Origin: an uncultured Gammaproteobacteria bacterium | GTDB taxonomy: Bacteria > Patescibacteriota > Patescibacteriia > Magasanikbacterales > GWA2-37-8 | Direction of reading: 5' to 3' | Assembly: GCA_964596525.1 (NCBI GenBank) | Contig: CAZQUL010000001.1 | Span: forward strand, 76,830 to 140,829 | Length of the DNA: 64,000 nucleotides | In this document: one piece after another, positions 1 to 8,787 of the stretch | How the letters are laid out: every line of letters starts with the position of its first letter | Numbering within the stretch: the stretch's first letter is position 1 | The notes under the pieces: model-generated | The model's input: the letters and a program-made list of their open reading frames with translations, nothing else | What the model was told of the DNA's origin: nothing | Database searches by the model: none | Translations under genes and position numbers: made by a program

Positions 1-27
1 GTGCCCTTTTATACAGGAGGCAGACTC

Positions 28-501
28 ATGAAACGGACGCGTCTCGCACGAGGAATTTTCGCTCTGCTTGGTCTTTCTATCAGCGCCGGGGCGAACGGTT
101 GCGCACTGACAGCACACATCCCGCAACGGCACTATTCGTTCTCGAGCGTTCACGAAGAGATTGTGGAGGCTGGGACGAACAAACGCAGCAGGCACTGCAA
201 GAGCGTAATCGAGACCGAACCGACCGGATATCGGGGGTGGGTCATCGATTGTGATTTCTATCTGAAGGAGAACGGCACCCTTGAGCTTCCTCTTGGTGCC
301 AAGCGTGCCTGGAAGTACTCTATCGGGTCATCCTATGAGGACTTTGTCGTGCCTGCCGACAGCCAGTACTACGGTGTCCAAGTGGCAATCACCCTGCACT
401 GTCCGGAAAACCACCTGCCGAGTCATGACGAAAAAACCCACGTCGCCACCTGCCTGCATAGCGCACCGCCCCTGCCGTATGCCGACGCACCAACGCCGTA
501 A
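28..501 (+). CDS. Cys-rich lipoprotein, array member 1
   Basis: AGGAGG at 15-20, ATG 28. Signal peptide ends ..GANG-C; four more Cys in the family pattern. Confidence 0.8.
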   Translation: MKRTRLARGIFALLGLSISAGANGCALTAHIPQRHYSFSSVHEEIVEAGTNKRSRHCKSVIETEPTGYRGWVIDCDFYLKENGTLELPLGAKRAWKYSIGSSYEDFVVPADSQYYGVQVAITLHCPENHLPSHDEKTHVATCLHSAPPLPYADAPTP

Positions 502-516
502 AGACCATCCCTAACT

Positions 517-540
517 CGTCGTCGGACCCCGGCGACGTTT
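517..540 (+). terminator. intrinsic terminator
   Basis: CGTCGTCGG/CCGGCGACG hairpin followed by TTT. Confidence 0.6.
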
Positions 541-550
541 GCATTTAGGC

Positions 551-579
551 TTGACAAAAACGCTATTTTCGGGCTTTGT
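551..579 (+). promoter_or_regulatory. sigma70-like promoter (strong -35, weak -10)
   Basis: TTGACA at 551; spacer similar to those at 1060 and 1651. Confidence 0.5.
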
Positions 580-603
580 AGGGTGCACAGGGGAGGATAA
601 CCG

Positions 604-990
604 ATGAACCGAAGAGTCTTTGCTACCACTGCTTTTACGCTCAACTTGCTAGTAAGCGGCTGTGCGACGGTTTCATACCAGACCTTAGAGAAACAGGCGG
701 CTCTGGCCAACGGTAATGCGGACAAGGACAATCCATGCCGTACTTCGCGTCAGGGGCACACAATCTGCACCCTACGGCTCAAAGCCGGCGAGAGCGCTGA
801 GGTAGCCGATGCCGAAATCAACTTGCGCCGCTCGGCGGATCTACAAAAAATGGTGCTCGAGCGCTCGGGCACGCCGCCGACGTTTTTCAACATCGTGTGC
901 CCAGCAGACCATGGTGCACGTCTCTGGAGTGAGCGCTGGGCAAAGAAGGTGAGCATCAAGACGATCCGCTGTCTGAAAGAGCCGTTGTAG
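604..990 (+). CDS. Cys-rich lipoprotein, array member 2
   Basis: GGAGG SD; lipobox LVSG-C; four mature Cys. Confidence 0.8.
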   Translation: MNRRVFATTAFTLNLLVSGCATVSYQTLEKQAALANGNADKDNPCRTSRQGHTICTLRLKAGESAEVADAEINLRRSADLQKMVLERSGTPPTFFNIVCPADHGARLWSERWAKKVSIKTIRCLKEPL

Positions 991-1017
991 GCGATGGGCG
1001 AATCATCCAGGTATTAC

Positions 1018-1039
1018 GCCGCCGCATGAGGCGGCTTTT
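1018..1039 (+). terminator. intrinsic terminator
   Basis: GCCGCC-6-GGCGGC followed by TTTT. Confidence 0.7.
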
Positions 1040-1059
1040 AGTTTTGAGCTCAGTAGGAC

Positions 1060-1088
1060 TTGACGAAAACGCTATTTTTAGGCACATC
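1060..1088 (+). promoter_or_regulatory. sigma70-like promoter (weak -10)
   Basis: TTGACGAAAACGCTATTTTTAGGC. Confidence 0.45.
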
Positions 1089-1124
1089 TATCGGCGACCC
1101 AGGCTTGGGTTTTGGAGGTTAACC

Positions 1125-1571
1125 GTGCGTTATCTACTCATTGCGGGATTCGGGGTGCTCAGCCACATCTTTCTTGGTGCCGGCTGCGCACCTGCCACGC
1201 TTACACCCCGGGAGTGGACCGAAGAACTCCTTGAACATCAGCTCGAAACCATGGCGACGAGATCAGACATGGACAAAGCCTGCCGCGTCGAAACCGGCGC
1301 GCGGTACGCGGAATCATTCACCTGCCATATCACGTTGCGCTCCGACAGCGTTTTCATCTTGCAAACGTATCGCGTTCTTACCGACACGCACATAAAGAAC
1401 CCGGACGGCACGGAGCAAAAAGCGTTTATCTTGCGACGTCAGCAGCCTTTTTGGCATGATTTCTTTGGCAAAAAAGAGGTTGACGTAATCGCAACCTGTC
1501 CCCGCGGACTTTCTCCAGCCGAAGGATCGCTCGGCGGCACGATTCCCATTATCGAATGCGAAAAGCACTAG
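1125..1571 (+). CDS. Cys-rich lipoprotein, array member 3
   Basis: GGAGGT SD before GTG 1125; lipobox LGAG-C; four mature Cys. Confidence 0.8.
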   Translation: MRYLLIAGFGVLSHIFLGAGCAPATLTPREWTEELLEHQLETMATRSDMDKACRVETGARYAESFTCHITLRSDSVFILQTYRVLTDTHIKNPDGTEQKAFILRRQQPFWHDFFGKKEVDVIATCPRGLSPAEGSLGGTIPIIECEKH

Positions 1572-1600
1572 TCCAGCCGAACTCAAAATAGCTATCACCT

Positions 1601-1621
1601 AACCGCCCCTCGGCGGTTTTT
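1601..1621 (+). terminator. intrinsic terminator
   Basis: AACCGCC-CCTC-GGCGGTT followed by T run. Confidence 0.75.
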
Positions 1622-1650
1622 ATAGTAATCGTGGTTTTCCGCAGTAACTA

Positions 1651-1679
1651 TTGACAAAACTCCTACTTTAGGGCCCAAT
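1651..1679 (+). promoter_or_regulatory. sigma70-like promoter
   Basis: TTGACA-17-CCCAAT. Confidence 0.5.
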
Positions 1680-1715
1680 GAGGGCGGCCTGACGGCCAGA
1701 AAAGAGGAAACGACC

Positions 1716-2165
1716 ATGAAGAAGCTGCTGGTGGGACTGAGCCTTTGGGGAATTGGGGCATGCGCGCACGCACCGACCTCGACGATCACATGGACGGTGC
1801 GGAACTGGACCGATGCCGAGATCCGGCACGAGGTGGCGACAGCGACGCGCGAGTATGGCACGCCGTGCCAGCTCATCACCAAGATCGAGAACGACGTGCC
1901 GTTCGACTACGTGAGCTGCTTCGTACGGATCCCGCAGGGGTACTCGCTCCCCCTGGATGCCCGAACGTGGAGGCACGCCACCCTCCACCAAGAGAGTGTC
2001 AACTATATAGCGATGAGGGCGACGATCATGCGGCAGGGCAAGCCGGTCGCCGTCGAGCTCGGCGTACGTTGCATGGGCGATGACCGCAGAGAAGACAGCC
2101 ACCTGGCGCCCAGGACCTCCGCGGACGGCGAGGAGCACCAGCTCGTCTGCAAGAAGCTCGAGTAA
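1716..2165 (+). CDS. Cys-rich lipoprotein, array member 4
   Basis: GAGGA SD; MKKLL..GIGA-C; four mature Cys. Confidence 0.8.
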   Translation: MKKLLVGLSLWGIGACAHAPTSTITWTVRNWTDAEIRHEVATATREYGTPCQLITKIENDVPFDYVSCFVRIPQGYSLPLDARTWRHATLHQESVNYIAMRATIMRQGKPVAVELGVRCMGDDRREDSHLAPRTSADGEEHQLVCKKLE

Positions 2166-2254
2166 ACGACGAGCGCGGCGCCGATCGCAGACCTGACCGG
2201 TGGAACGATTCCCACCGGTGAATGCCATGGAAATCATACAAAGATACCGCTCTG

Positions 2255-2275
2255 AGCCGCCATCTGGCGGCTTTT
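2255..2275 (+). terminator. intrinsic terminator
   Basis: AGCCGCC-ATCT-GGCGGCT followed by TTT. Confidence 0.7.
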
Positions 2276-2318
2276 CTCATAGCGAAATATCTGCTCACCC
2301 CAGCCTACACCTCTATAG

Positions 2319-2347
2319 TTGACAAAACGGCAGGTATCTTGTGTAAT
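2319..2347 (+). promoter_or_regulatory. sigma70-like promoter
   Basis: TTGACA-17-TGTAAT. Confidence 0.65.
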
Positions 2348-2380
2348 GAGCTCGCCTTTCACAGGAAAGCGAGGTTATTC

Positions 2381-2845
2381 ATGAACAGGTCACATCACGG
2401 TCTTGTAGCGGGATTGGCAGTAATGATGCTGGCAGGGTGCGCAGGAATTCAGCGCAAACCCCTAAACTGGACACCGGCAGATGTTGAAGACCACCTGCAG
2501 CGGGCGACGGCGCAAGACGTTAAGGAGAACGCCTGCCATTTTCGGACGCTCCCGGTAGCGCCTGCGGATGCAGGGCGGGAGAAAACCATCGATTGCCGGA
2601 TTACGCTTACGGAAAAGACCACCTTCGCGGCTACAGATTACCAGCTCGGCGCTTCGCTGTGGATTTTGGGTGATGTGCGCGAGCGGCGCGAGATAGTGCT
2701 GCAGCGTAGAGAGCCCTACTTTCACCCGCAGTTTGGCCTAGCCAAGGTTTTTACCACGGTAGAGTGCCCGAAGGGCCACGCATCTGCCTGGCTCGAACCG
2801 CAATATGGCGGCCCCGCCGTCGTGTGCGACCCCGGTACTCCGTAA
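2381..2845 (+). CDS. Cys-rich lipoprotein, array member 5
   Basis: GAGGT SD, ATG 2381; canonical lipobox LAG-C; four mature Cys. Confidence 0.8.
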   Translation: MNRSHHGLVAGLAVMMLAGCAGIQRKPLNWTPADVEDHLQRATAQDVKENACHFRTLPVAPADAGREKTIDCRITLTEKTTFAATDYQLGASLWILGDVRERREIVLQRREPYFHPQFGLAKVFTTVECPKGHASAWLEPQYGGPAVVCDPGTP

Positions 2846-2858
2846 CAAAGAAACGCTC

Positions 2859-2881
2859 AACCGCCTTCTCTAGGCGGTTTT
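2859..2881 (+). terminator. intrinsic terminator
   Basis: AACCGCC-7-GGCGGTT followed by TT. Confidence 0.7.
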
Positions 2882-2942
2882 ATAGTTAAAAGGCTGCTTG
2901 CGACGAGGTGTTTGGTATGGTAGGATGGCCATGAAATTTATT

Positions 2943-3025
2943 GCCCAGATGGTGGAATTGGTAGACACTCAGGACTTAAAATCCTGCGCCCAAAAGGCAT
3001 GCGGGTTCGACTCCCGCTCTGGGCA
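2943..3025 (+). tRNA. tRNA-Leu(TAA)
   Basis: GCCCAGA/TCTGGGC acceptor, TGGTAGAC D-loop, CAGGA-CTTAAAA-TCCTG anticodon arm, long variable arm, GGTTCGACTCC; CCA not encoded. Confidence 0.95.
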
Positions 3026-3163
3026 CACCTATCGTTTCGATATGTTTTAAACCGCTTTCCCGTGCGGAATTTTTTAATAGATTAACACGGTCTAAAAATT
3101 TTTAATTTTAAAAGGCCTGTGCAATGGTGACGCAGAGGCCTTGGGTATTTCTGGAATTACGGA

Positions 3164-3946
3164 CTAGAAGAGATCGGCGGCCGCGCGCTCTTCCCACGTG
3201 GCAGCTATGACTTTCTGTCCGTCCCACGCGTAATAGTGAGATTTGGGCTCTCCGTAGAGCCGACCCGTGTACGCGGTGCGGAAGACGGTGTTACGCGGAA
3301 TGAGCGCGATAAACTGTTCTCCACTCCCCATACGGCCCGCATCTCCTTGGGCGATGATGCCGCGCGCGAGCACCTCTGCTGGAAACGGTGCAAAGACGGT
3401 CTCGAAGGTGGACTCGCCACATTTCGGACATGTAGCGGGCGCATACATCCCAGCGCCTTCGGTACTGCAGGCCCTGCATTTCCAACCGACCCGGTCGCCG
3501 GTATGGGCATTACTGCCCCGGAAGCCGATCTTGGTAACCATGACCGCGATAATGAAGTCGGGACTGGAGGCTTCGCGCGCGCTAATAAGCTTATTCTTGC
3601 CTGCTCGGGTCTTGCCAATCTGAGCGAACATAAGCCGATCACACACCTTTCCATCGTCAGGATGATTGGAGGCATGACCGACTTCTTTCGCCGCGACAAG
3701 CTGGCATCCACACGTGTCGCACGCACTACCACTCGACGACCAGACCGCTCGCCCCCGATCGGGGCACGCCACGAGCGGCGGATTATCGACCGGCAGCACA
3801 CCACGCTCACGTCCCCGGCCTTCTTCACCGATGATTATGGCGGGGATATCAACGGCGGCACCCTTGAGATGCAGTGTCTTGACGGCCGCACCCGGCGTAA
3901 CCGAACCGTTTGAAATGGTAACAACACTCAACGACTGCTGATTCAT
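3164..3946 (-). CDS. hypothetical protein with CxxC zinc-ribbon motifs
   Basis: GGAGG SD before ATG 3946; CDTCGC, CRAC..CPKCG; own promoter at 4086-4114. Confidence 0.75.
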   Translation of the reverse strand: MNQQSLSVVTISNGSVTPGAAVKTLHLKGAAVDIPAIIIGEEGRGRERGVLPVDNPPLVACPDRGRAVWSSSGSACDTCGCQLVAAKEVGHASNHPDDGKVCDRLMFAQIGKTRAGKNKLISAREASSPDFIIAVMVTKIGFRGSNAHTGDRVGWKCRACSTEGAGMYAPATCPKCGESTFETVFAPFPAEVLARGIIAQGDAGRMGSGEQFIALIPRNTVFRTAYTGRLYGEPKSHYYAWDGQKVIAATWEERAAADLF

Positions 3947-4085
3947 GGCGTTCCTCCGTTTCGGGCCCGGTGGGCAGCTGCCCGTGGGCGTGAAAGTCGC
4001 TGGAGCGACACAGTGCTCTTGTACGAAGAGCGGGAAATTACCTCGCGAGATAACTTCCTTACTCTGCGCAACAGTAGAACAGACA

Positions 4086-4114
4086 ATAGTATCGTTCTTT
4101 TCAGGCAATGTCAA
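4086..4114 (-). promoter_or_regulatory. sigma70-like promoter
   Basis: minus-strand TTGACA-17-TACTAT. Confidence 0.7.
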
Positions 4115-4194
4115 TGAAAACAAACTCGTTCTTAGCACTTTAAAACAGAAAGGCGGAGCGCGCGAGGCGTCCGCCATGAAGGCTAGAAGGGTCA

Positions 4195-5265
4195 TCAGTT
4201 GCTGACGACTGGAAGCTCGAAGTCGCCGATCCAGTTGGTGAAAACTTGGCCTGCGGCCGGCGTCACCTTGACCCAGATGCGTGCAACCACGAGCTCGCCG
4301 ACTTTGAGCAGCGACAGGTTGGCCGGCGGGATCCAGAAGGTAAAGTAGACCTTTTGGGTGCCGTCGCTCCTCTGGCTGAAGGTGGCGGCCGGACCCGTGG
4401 TGTTGACCGGGTAAGATACGCCGTTGTAGAACACCTCGTTGTACACCTGTATCGTCACCTGCTGACTCATCGCCACCTGGTCGAGGCGCACACCAGCCCA
4501 GAGTCCGCGCGTGGGCGAGATGGAACGATCGCCCGGCGTAGGGCAGTCGTAGCCATCGAGGGCGCCGCCGCTCGTGTAGCGCGGAACGAAAGCCACCGCA
4601 CACACGCTCGACGCTCCAGGGAAGCTATAGAGACCGTAGTGATCGATCTGCGTCGGGGGCACCGGCGGCCGGCGGGGCATGCCCGTGGTGGACGGCGGCG
4701 GGTTGGTAGTGCCACCGTCGGTCACACCGCCATCCGCTACGGAGGAGCCTACGACCGTGAAGGTCACGCGTCCGACTGGCTGCGGCGAATAACGGGAATC
4801 GGCGCGGCGGCGGATGTAGAACTCCACCGTGTGAGGACCCGTAAGATCCGGCGTGTAGGTGAGCCAGATGGCGCGGGGCGTGGCGCTCACGCCTTTAGTG
4901 CAGTACTCCCCGCTCTCGGTGTGCGGGTAGGTATCCGAGCCGTAGCGGGTGTAGAAGCACACGAGATCGTCGACGCGCAGGAAGGTGAAATACGCCGTGA
5001 CCGGCGTACCGACAGTGGGGACGGCCTTGGTAGGGCACACCACCGCACCGGACGCGTCGCTCGGCGCCGTAGCGCAGAGGGCCGGATTGCCATCCGAAGA
5101 GTAGCTGTAAGGTGAGGCGGCTCCGGTCGTTGTAACTACGCCTGGAGTCTCAGGGATGCCCGAAGCGACGGTGCCCACCGGGGGCTCTACATTCATACCT
5201 GCCTCATCGCCGCACGCGGCAATAAAGCCCGCAAACACGAGGGAAAGAACAATGAGCTTCTTCAT
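4195..5265 (-). CDS. two-domain lipoprotein
   Basis: AAGGAGG SD; MKKLIVLSLVFAGFIAA-C; Gly/Thr/Pro linker DGGVTDGG; minus promoter TTGACT(5371)-17-TAGCAT; hairpin at 4152-4175. Confidence 0.8.
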   Translation of the reverse strand: MKKLIVLSLVFAGFIAACGDEAGMNVEPPVGTVASGIPETPGVVTTTGAASPYSYSSDGNPALCATAPSDASGAVVCPTKAVPTVGTPVTAYFTFLRVDDLVCFYTRYGSDTYPHTESGEYCTKGVSATPRAIWLTYTPDLTGPHTVEFYIRRRADSRYSPQPVGRVTFTVVGSSVADGGVTDGGTTNPPPSTTGMPRRPPVPPTQIDHYGLYSFPGASSVCAVAFVPRYTSGGALDGYDCPTPGDRSISPTRGLWAGVRLDQVAMSQQVTIQVYNEVFYNGVSYPVNTTGPAATFSQRSDGTQKVYFTFWIPPANLSLLKVGELVVARIWVKVTPAAGQVFTNWIGDFELPVVSN

Positions 5266-5424
5266 GACGATTTCCTCCTTTTGTACTGTTTGGGAGATTT
5301 TGCGCAGAGCAGAGCCTAAAAAGGCGTCTGTTACGACAGGTAATGCTACCACAAAAACAACTAAAAGTCAAGCTACGAGGAGAACTGTGCAGAACCAAGT
5401 TGAAGCCATTTTTCCCGCTCTAAC

Positions 5425-5453
5425 TTGACAAAAAGCCGCCCACCGCCTATCGT
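5425..5453 (+). promoter_or_regulatory. sigma70-like promoter
   Basis: TTGACA-17-TATCGT. Confidence 0.7.
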
Positions 5454-5502
5454 GGATGGTCTCTCAACCTATGGCTCAGTGCCACCTATCAAGGAGGGTG
5501 AG

Positions 5503-5934
5503 ATGCGTTCAGTAAAGAGGATTTTGGGAATTCTGATGGCAGTGATTGCGCTCAACGGCGGGTGCGCAGCCCCGGAGCATGTTTCGGATACGCCCGTGAA
5601 AAGCGCGCCTGAGAGACAGCTCTTTTACTACGAAGTCCAGCTCAACTGCTGCGTCGACTTGTCCCGCGGCACGCCAGCCAAGGTGCCGGTATGCGAGAAG
5701 TCGATAGCTGAGGCCGACGCTTGGCTGAAGCGTGCCCTACCCGGTCATCACATTGTGCGAACCGGAAATTTCTGGACACCGCCGCAACGAGCCGGCCAGG
5801 TCGTTTTTTACCATGACGTCGAGGCGTGCCGACCGATCACCAACATCGACGACGTAGCCTATTACACCAACCTTTTCATCAGTCGTCAGGATTGTCCTCA
5901 GTCGCTTCTGCGGACGCCGATCATCATCGACTGA
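5503..5934 (+). CDS. Cys-rich lipoprotein
   Basis: AAGGAGGG SD; hydrophobic signal ending LNGG-C. Confidence 0.75.
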   Translation: MRSVKRILGILMAVIALNGGCAAPEHVSDTPVKSAPERQLFYYEVQLNCCVDLSRGTPAKVPVCEKSIAEADAWLKRALPGHHIVRTGNFWTPPQRAGQVVFYHDVEACRPITNIDDVAYYTNLFISRQDCPQSLLRTPIIID

Positions 5935-5951
5935 AGTTCGAAACAACAACC

Positions 5952-5985
5952 AAATCCCCGCCGGAAGTTTCCGACGGGGATTTTT
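5952..5985. terminator. terminator between convergent genes
   Basis: AAATCCCCG.CGGAA/TTCCG.CGGGGATTT hairpin with T tail. Confidence 0.75.
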
Positions 5986-5999
5986 AATTGCTGGAATAC

Positions 6000-7292
6000 T
6001 TACGGTTTGAGGCGGCCAATGGTGCGCGGGAACGGGATGCATTCGCGGATATGTTCCGTGCCCGAGATCCAGCGCACAAGGCGCTCGAGACCGAAGCCGA
6101 AGCCGGCATGCGGTACGGAGCCAAAGCGGCGCGTGTCGAGGTACCATTGGTACTCTGCTTCAGACAATCCTTCGCTTCGCATGCGCTCGAGGATGATGTC
6201 GATGTTTTCTTCGCGCTGTGAACCGCCGGCGATTTCGCCCGCGCCTTCGGTGGCGATAAGATCAGCGTTGAGGACGCGACTGTCATTGGCTGGGTCGCGC
6301 TTCATGTAGAATGGCTTGATTTCTTTGGGCCATTTTTCGATGAAGATCGGTACGGCGGATTCTTTGGTGAGAATGGCTTCGTCGTCGTTGCCAAGGTCTT
6401 CGCCGTGTTTGATGTCCGAGCCGAGACGGTTAAGCTCGACAATCGCTTCATCATAGGTGAGGCGCGTGAATGGCGCGTCGATCGCTTGGAGTTTTTGGAT
6501 ATCGCGCTCGAGGATGACAAGTTCTTCTTGGCAACTAGAAAGACACGCGCGAACGACATGACGGACAAGGCCTTCTTGGATACGCAGGTTTTCATCGTGC
6601 TCAACAAAAGCAGCTTCGGCATCCATCATCCAAAATTCGGTGAGATGGCGTTTAGTCTTGCTTTTTTCGGCACGGAAAACTGGGCCGAAATCATAGCAGC
6701 GTCCGACAGAACCGATCGCGGCTTCAAGGTAGAGCTGACCGGACTGCGATAGATATGCCGTGCCTTCGTCGAAGTACGGTACGGGGAAAAGCGTAGTCGT
6801 TCCTTCGCACGCGTTGGGAGTGAAGACCGGTGAGTCGACACGGACGAACTGCTCTTGGTGTAGATACTCTTGCATGGCCATCATGATGCGATCACGTAAC
6901 CGAAGGATCGCCCACTGGCGTTTACTCCGGAGCCAGAGGTGGCGGTTCTCAAGAAGGAAATCCGGACCGTGGTCTTTTTTGGCGATCGGGTAATCCACGG
7001 CGAGCTGGATGATGTTGAAAGACTGGAGCTGGATTTCAAAAACATTCTCTTTCTTGGGATGCTTGGTGACGATGCCGGTGAGCGTAACCGAAGATTCTTG
7101 GGTGACTTGTTCGATAGCGGCCCAAACCTCGGCAGGAAGAGAATCTTTAGCTGCCACGACGGAACGCCAAGCAGCACCATCGCGCACCTCGAGAAAGGCA
7201 ATGGAACCGGAGGAGCGTTTATTATAGAGCCAACCTTGGATAGTGATGGTTTGACCAACTAAGGAAGCTAGCGAAGAGGGCACGAGGGGCAT
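6000..7292 (-). CDS. asnS: asparaginyl-tRNA synthetase
   Basis: OB-fold N-terminus; YLSQSGQLYLE, FRAEKSKTKRHLTEFWM, PHAGFGFGLER. Confidence 0.95.
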   Translation of the reverse strand: MPLVPSSLASLVGQTITIQGWLYNKRSSGSIAFLEVRDGAAWRSVVAAKDSLPAEVWAAIEQVTQESSVTLTGIVTKHPKKENVFEIQLQSFNIIQLAVDYPIAKKDHGPDFLLENRHLWLRSKRQWAILRLRDRIMMAMQEYLHQEQFVRVDSPVFTPNACEGTTTLFPVPYFDEGTAYLSQSGQLYLEAAIGSVGRCYDFGPVFRAEKSKTKRHLTEFWMMDAEAAFVEHDENLRIQEGLVRHVVRACLSSCQEELVILERDIQKLQAIDAPFTRLTYDEAIVELNRLGSDIKHGEDLGNDDEAILTKESAVPIFIEKWPKEIKPFYMKRDPANDSRVLNADLIATEGAGEIAGGSQREENIDIILERMRSEGLSEAEYQWYLDTRRFGSVPHAGFGFGLERLVRWISGTEHIRECIPFPRTIGRLKP

Positions 7293-7353
7293 ACAATAGT
7301 AAGTTAAGGTACGATGTACAGTACCTTAAAGCCCGCTAAAACCGCAAGTCGTA

Positions 7354-7381
7354 TTGACAAAACCGCCATTTGGTCTAGTGT
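7354..7381 (+). promoter_or_regulatory. sigma70-like promoter
   Basis: TTGACA-16-TAGTGT. Confidence 0.55.
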
Positions 7382-7410
7382 ACGTGCACCACTGAAGAAT
7401 GAGGTGAACG

Positions 7411-8157
7411 ATGCTTGAAAATCTAAGACGACACGGCTACGCGTTTATACCGCGGCCAAAGGACATGCAGGATATCGAACTTGCTCTAGCGCTGTTTGAA
7501 GACATTATTACTGTACCACCACCCACGCCGTATCGGTTCGTGCATGCGGGATGGCCGCCAGACACGGGTTTGTCGGAGCGGAGCCCTGAGATACATCCTG
7601 CGAGCGACCATAAAAAGGTGTTCCACTGGCGACCGTACTATAATCGGCTTCTCTTTGAGAATAATCTGCTCGCGTTCTGCCACCGGCCGTTCGTGCGCCT
7701 GCTCCAATGGTCGGACCATCTCTATAAAGCATCCAAAAGAACGGTGCTTGAATGCCTGCACGAGCTTAGCCGCGCGTTTCCGGAAGTAGAACTGCGGAGC
7801 TGGCGGATAGAAGAGCATCCCGACTCGGTACTGCGGTTTGTCCGCTATACCGCCGCGACAAGCCGCGAGGGCGGATATGCCACGCTCGGGCGCGAGCACC
7901 ACGACTTTTCCTTCCTGACACTCATTATAGGCGAAGACTGCCCCGGGCTTGAGATACACACTGAGGGAGACTGGCAGACCATCTCTCCCACCCGTGAAAA
8001 AGTGATTCTGATCGCTGGAGAGAAACTGAGCCAGTACACGAACGGAAAAATTCCGGCAGCGCGGCATAGAGTCCGGCAGAAAATTACGGATCCGCAGCAA
8101 ACAGTCGGTCGACGCTCGCTCCTGTTTTTCTTGAATAGTGATCACGACCAAACTTAA
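7411..8157 (+). CDS. 2-oxoglutarate/Fe(II) oxygenase, IPNS-like
   Basis: HxD (HHDFSFLTL), distal H (ARHRV), RxS (RRSLLFF). Confidence 0.85.
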   Translation: MLENLRRHGYAFIPRPKDMQDIELALALFEDIITVPPPTPYRFVHAGWPPDTGLSERSPEIHPASDHKKVFHWRPYYNRLLFENNLLAFCHRPFVRLLQWSDHLYKASKRTVLECLHELSRAFPEVELRSWRIEEHPDSVLRFVRYTAATSREGGYATLGREHHDFSFLTLIIGEDCPGLEIHTEGDWQTISPTREKVILIAGEKLSQYTNGKIPAARHRVRQKITDPQQTVGRRSLLFFLNSDHDQT

Positions 8158-8169
8158 AAAGGAGGTCTC

Positions 8170-8787
8170 ATGAGTACGAGAGTGCGGCAACAGGCCTTAC
8201 TGATAACCCAAGCCGGTGTTATAACGCTCGCGATTATTTCGGGCTGCGGATACGCCCATCAAGCATACAAGATCTTCAGCAAAAAAAGCGCGCAAAGTTT
8301 ATCCGGCTATCTCTTTATTGCCGTAACCTTCGTTTTTATAGCAGGCGCGCTTTACGGAGCGCAGCTGGGCAAAAAAGTGATGCTCCTTAGCAACGGATTG
8401 CGTGCACCACTTGCTGCGGCCGTAGTTGGGGGTATTGCCTATTACGGCGGGCTTTCCCCCGGCGAATGGATTGCAGTCGCCAGTGTAGTCGGCGCTGGTA
8501 TACTTGCGTATACCAAACCGGCTTGGAGCGGATGGATGTGCGTTGGGAGTGCAGTCATCGGCCTGGCTGGCGTGACGCGCCAGATTTATGAAATGATCGC
8601 CCAAGGCCACCCCGGCGTCATATCGTTACCACTCCTCGGCACCCAGCTTGTCAACGCGATATTCTGGACTACATATCTTGCTCTGTACCTCGAAAAACCC
8701 TGTTTCGCCGATCGCGTTCTGACCTGGTGCTGCGGCACGAACATTATCCTGACCGGTATCTTGATGGTGCTATGGGCGCGGTTCTGA
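8170..8787 (+). CDS. PQ-loop/SemiSWEET-like duplicated membrane protein
   Basis: about 7 hydrophobic segments; two repeats (HQAYKIFSKKSAQSLS, RQIYEMIAQGHPGVIS); AAGGAGGT SD. Confidence 0.6.
   Translation: MSTRVRQQALLITQAGVITLAIISGCGYAHQAYKIFSKKSAQSLSGYLFIAVTFVFIAGALYGAQLGKKVMLLSNGLRAPLAAAVVGGIAYYGGLSPGEWIAVASVVGAGILAYTKPAWSGWMCVGSAVIGLAGVTRQIYEMIAQGHPGVISLPLLGTQLVNAIFWTTYLALYLEKPCFADRVLTWCCGTNIILTGILMVLWARF

Noticed and set aside
28-2881. Integron cassette array
   Set aside because: No intI gene and no consistent RYYYAAC/GTTRRRY attC boundaries were seen. The spacers are explained by terminator plus promoter.
3947-4603. N-terminal extension of the 479-aa ORF 3164..4603
   Set aside because: It overlaps the upstream lipoprotein gene, its terminator and a promoter. 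The SD-led ATG at 3946 is the better start.
2943-5985. Prophage or island integrated at tRNA-Leu
   Set aside because: No integrase, phage structural gene or duplicated tRNA-Leu 3' end was seen in the window.
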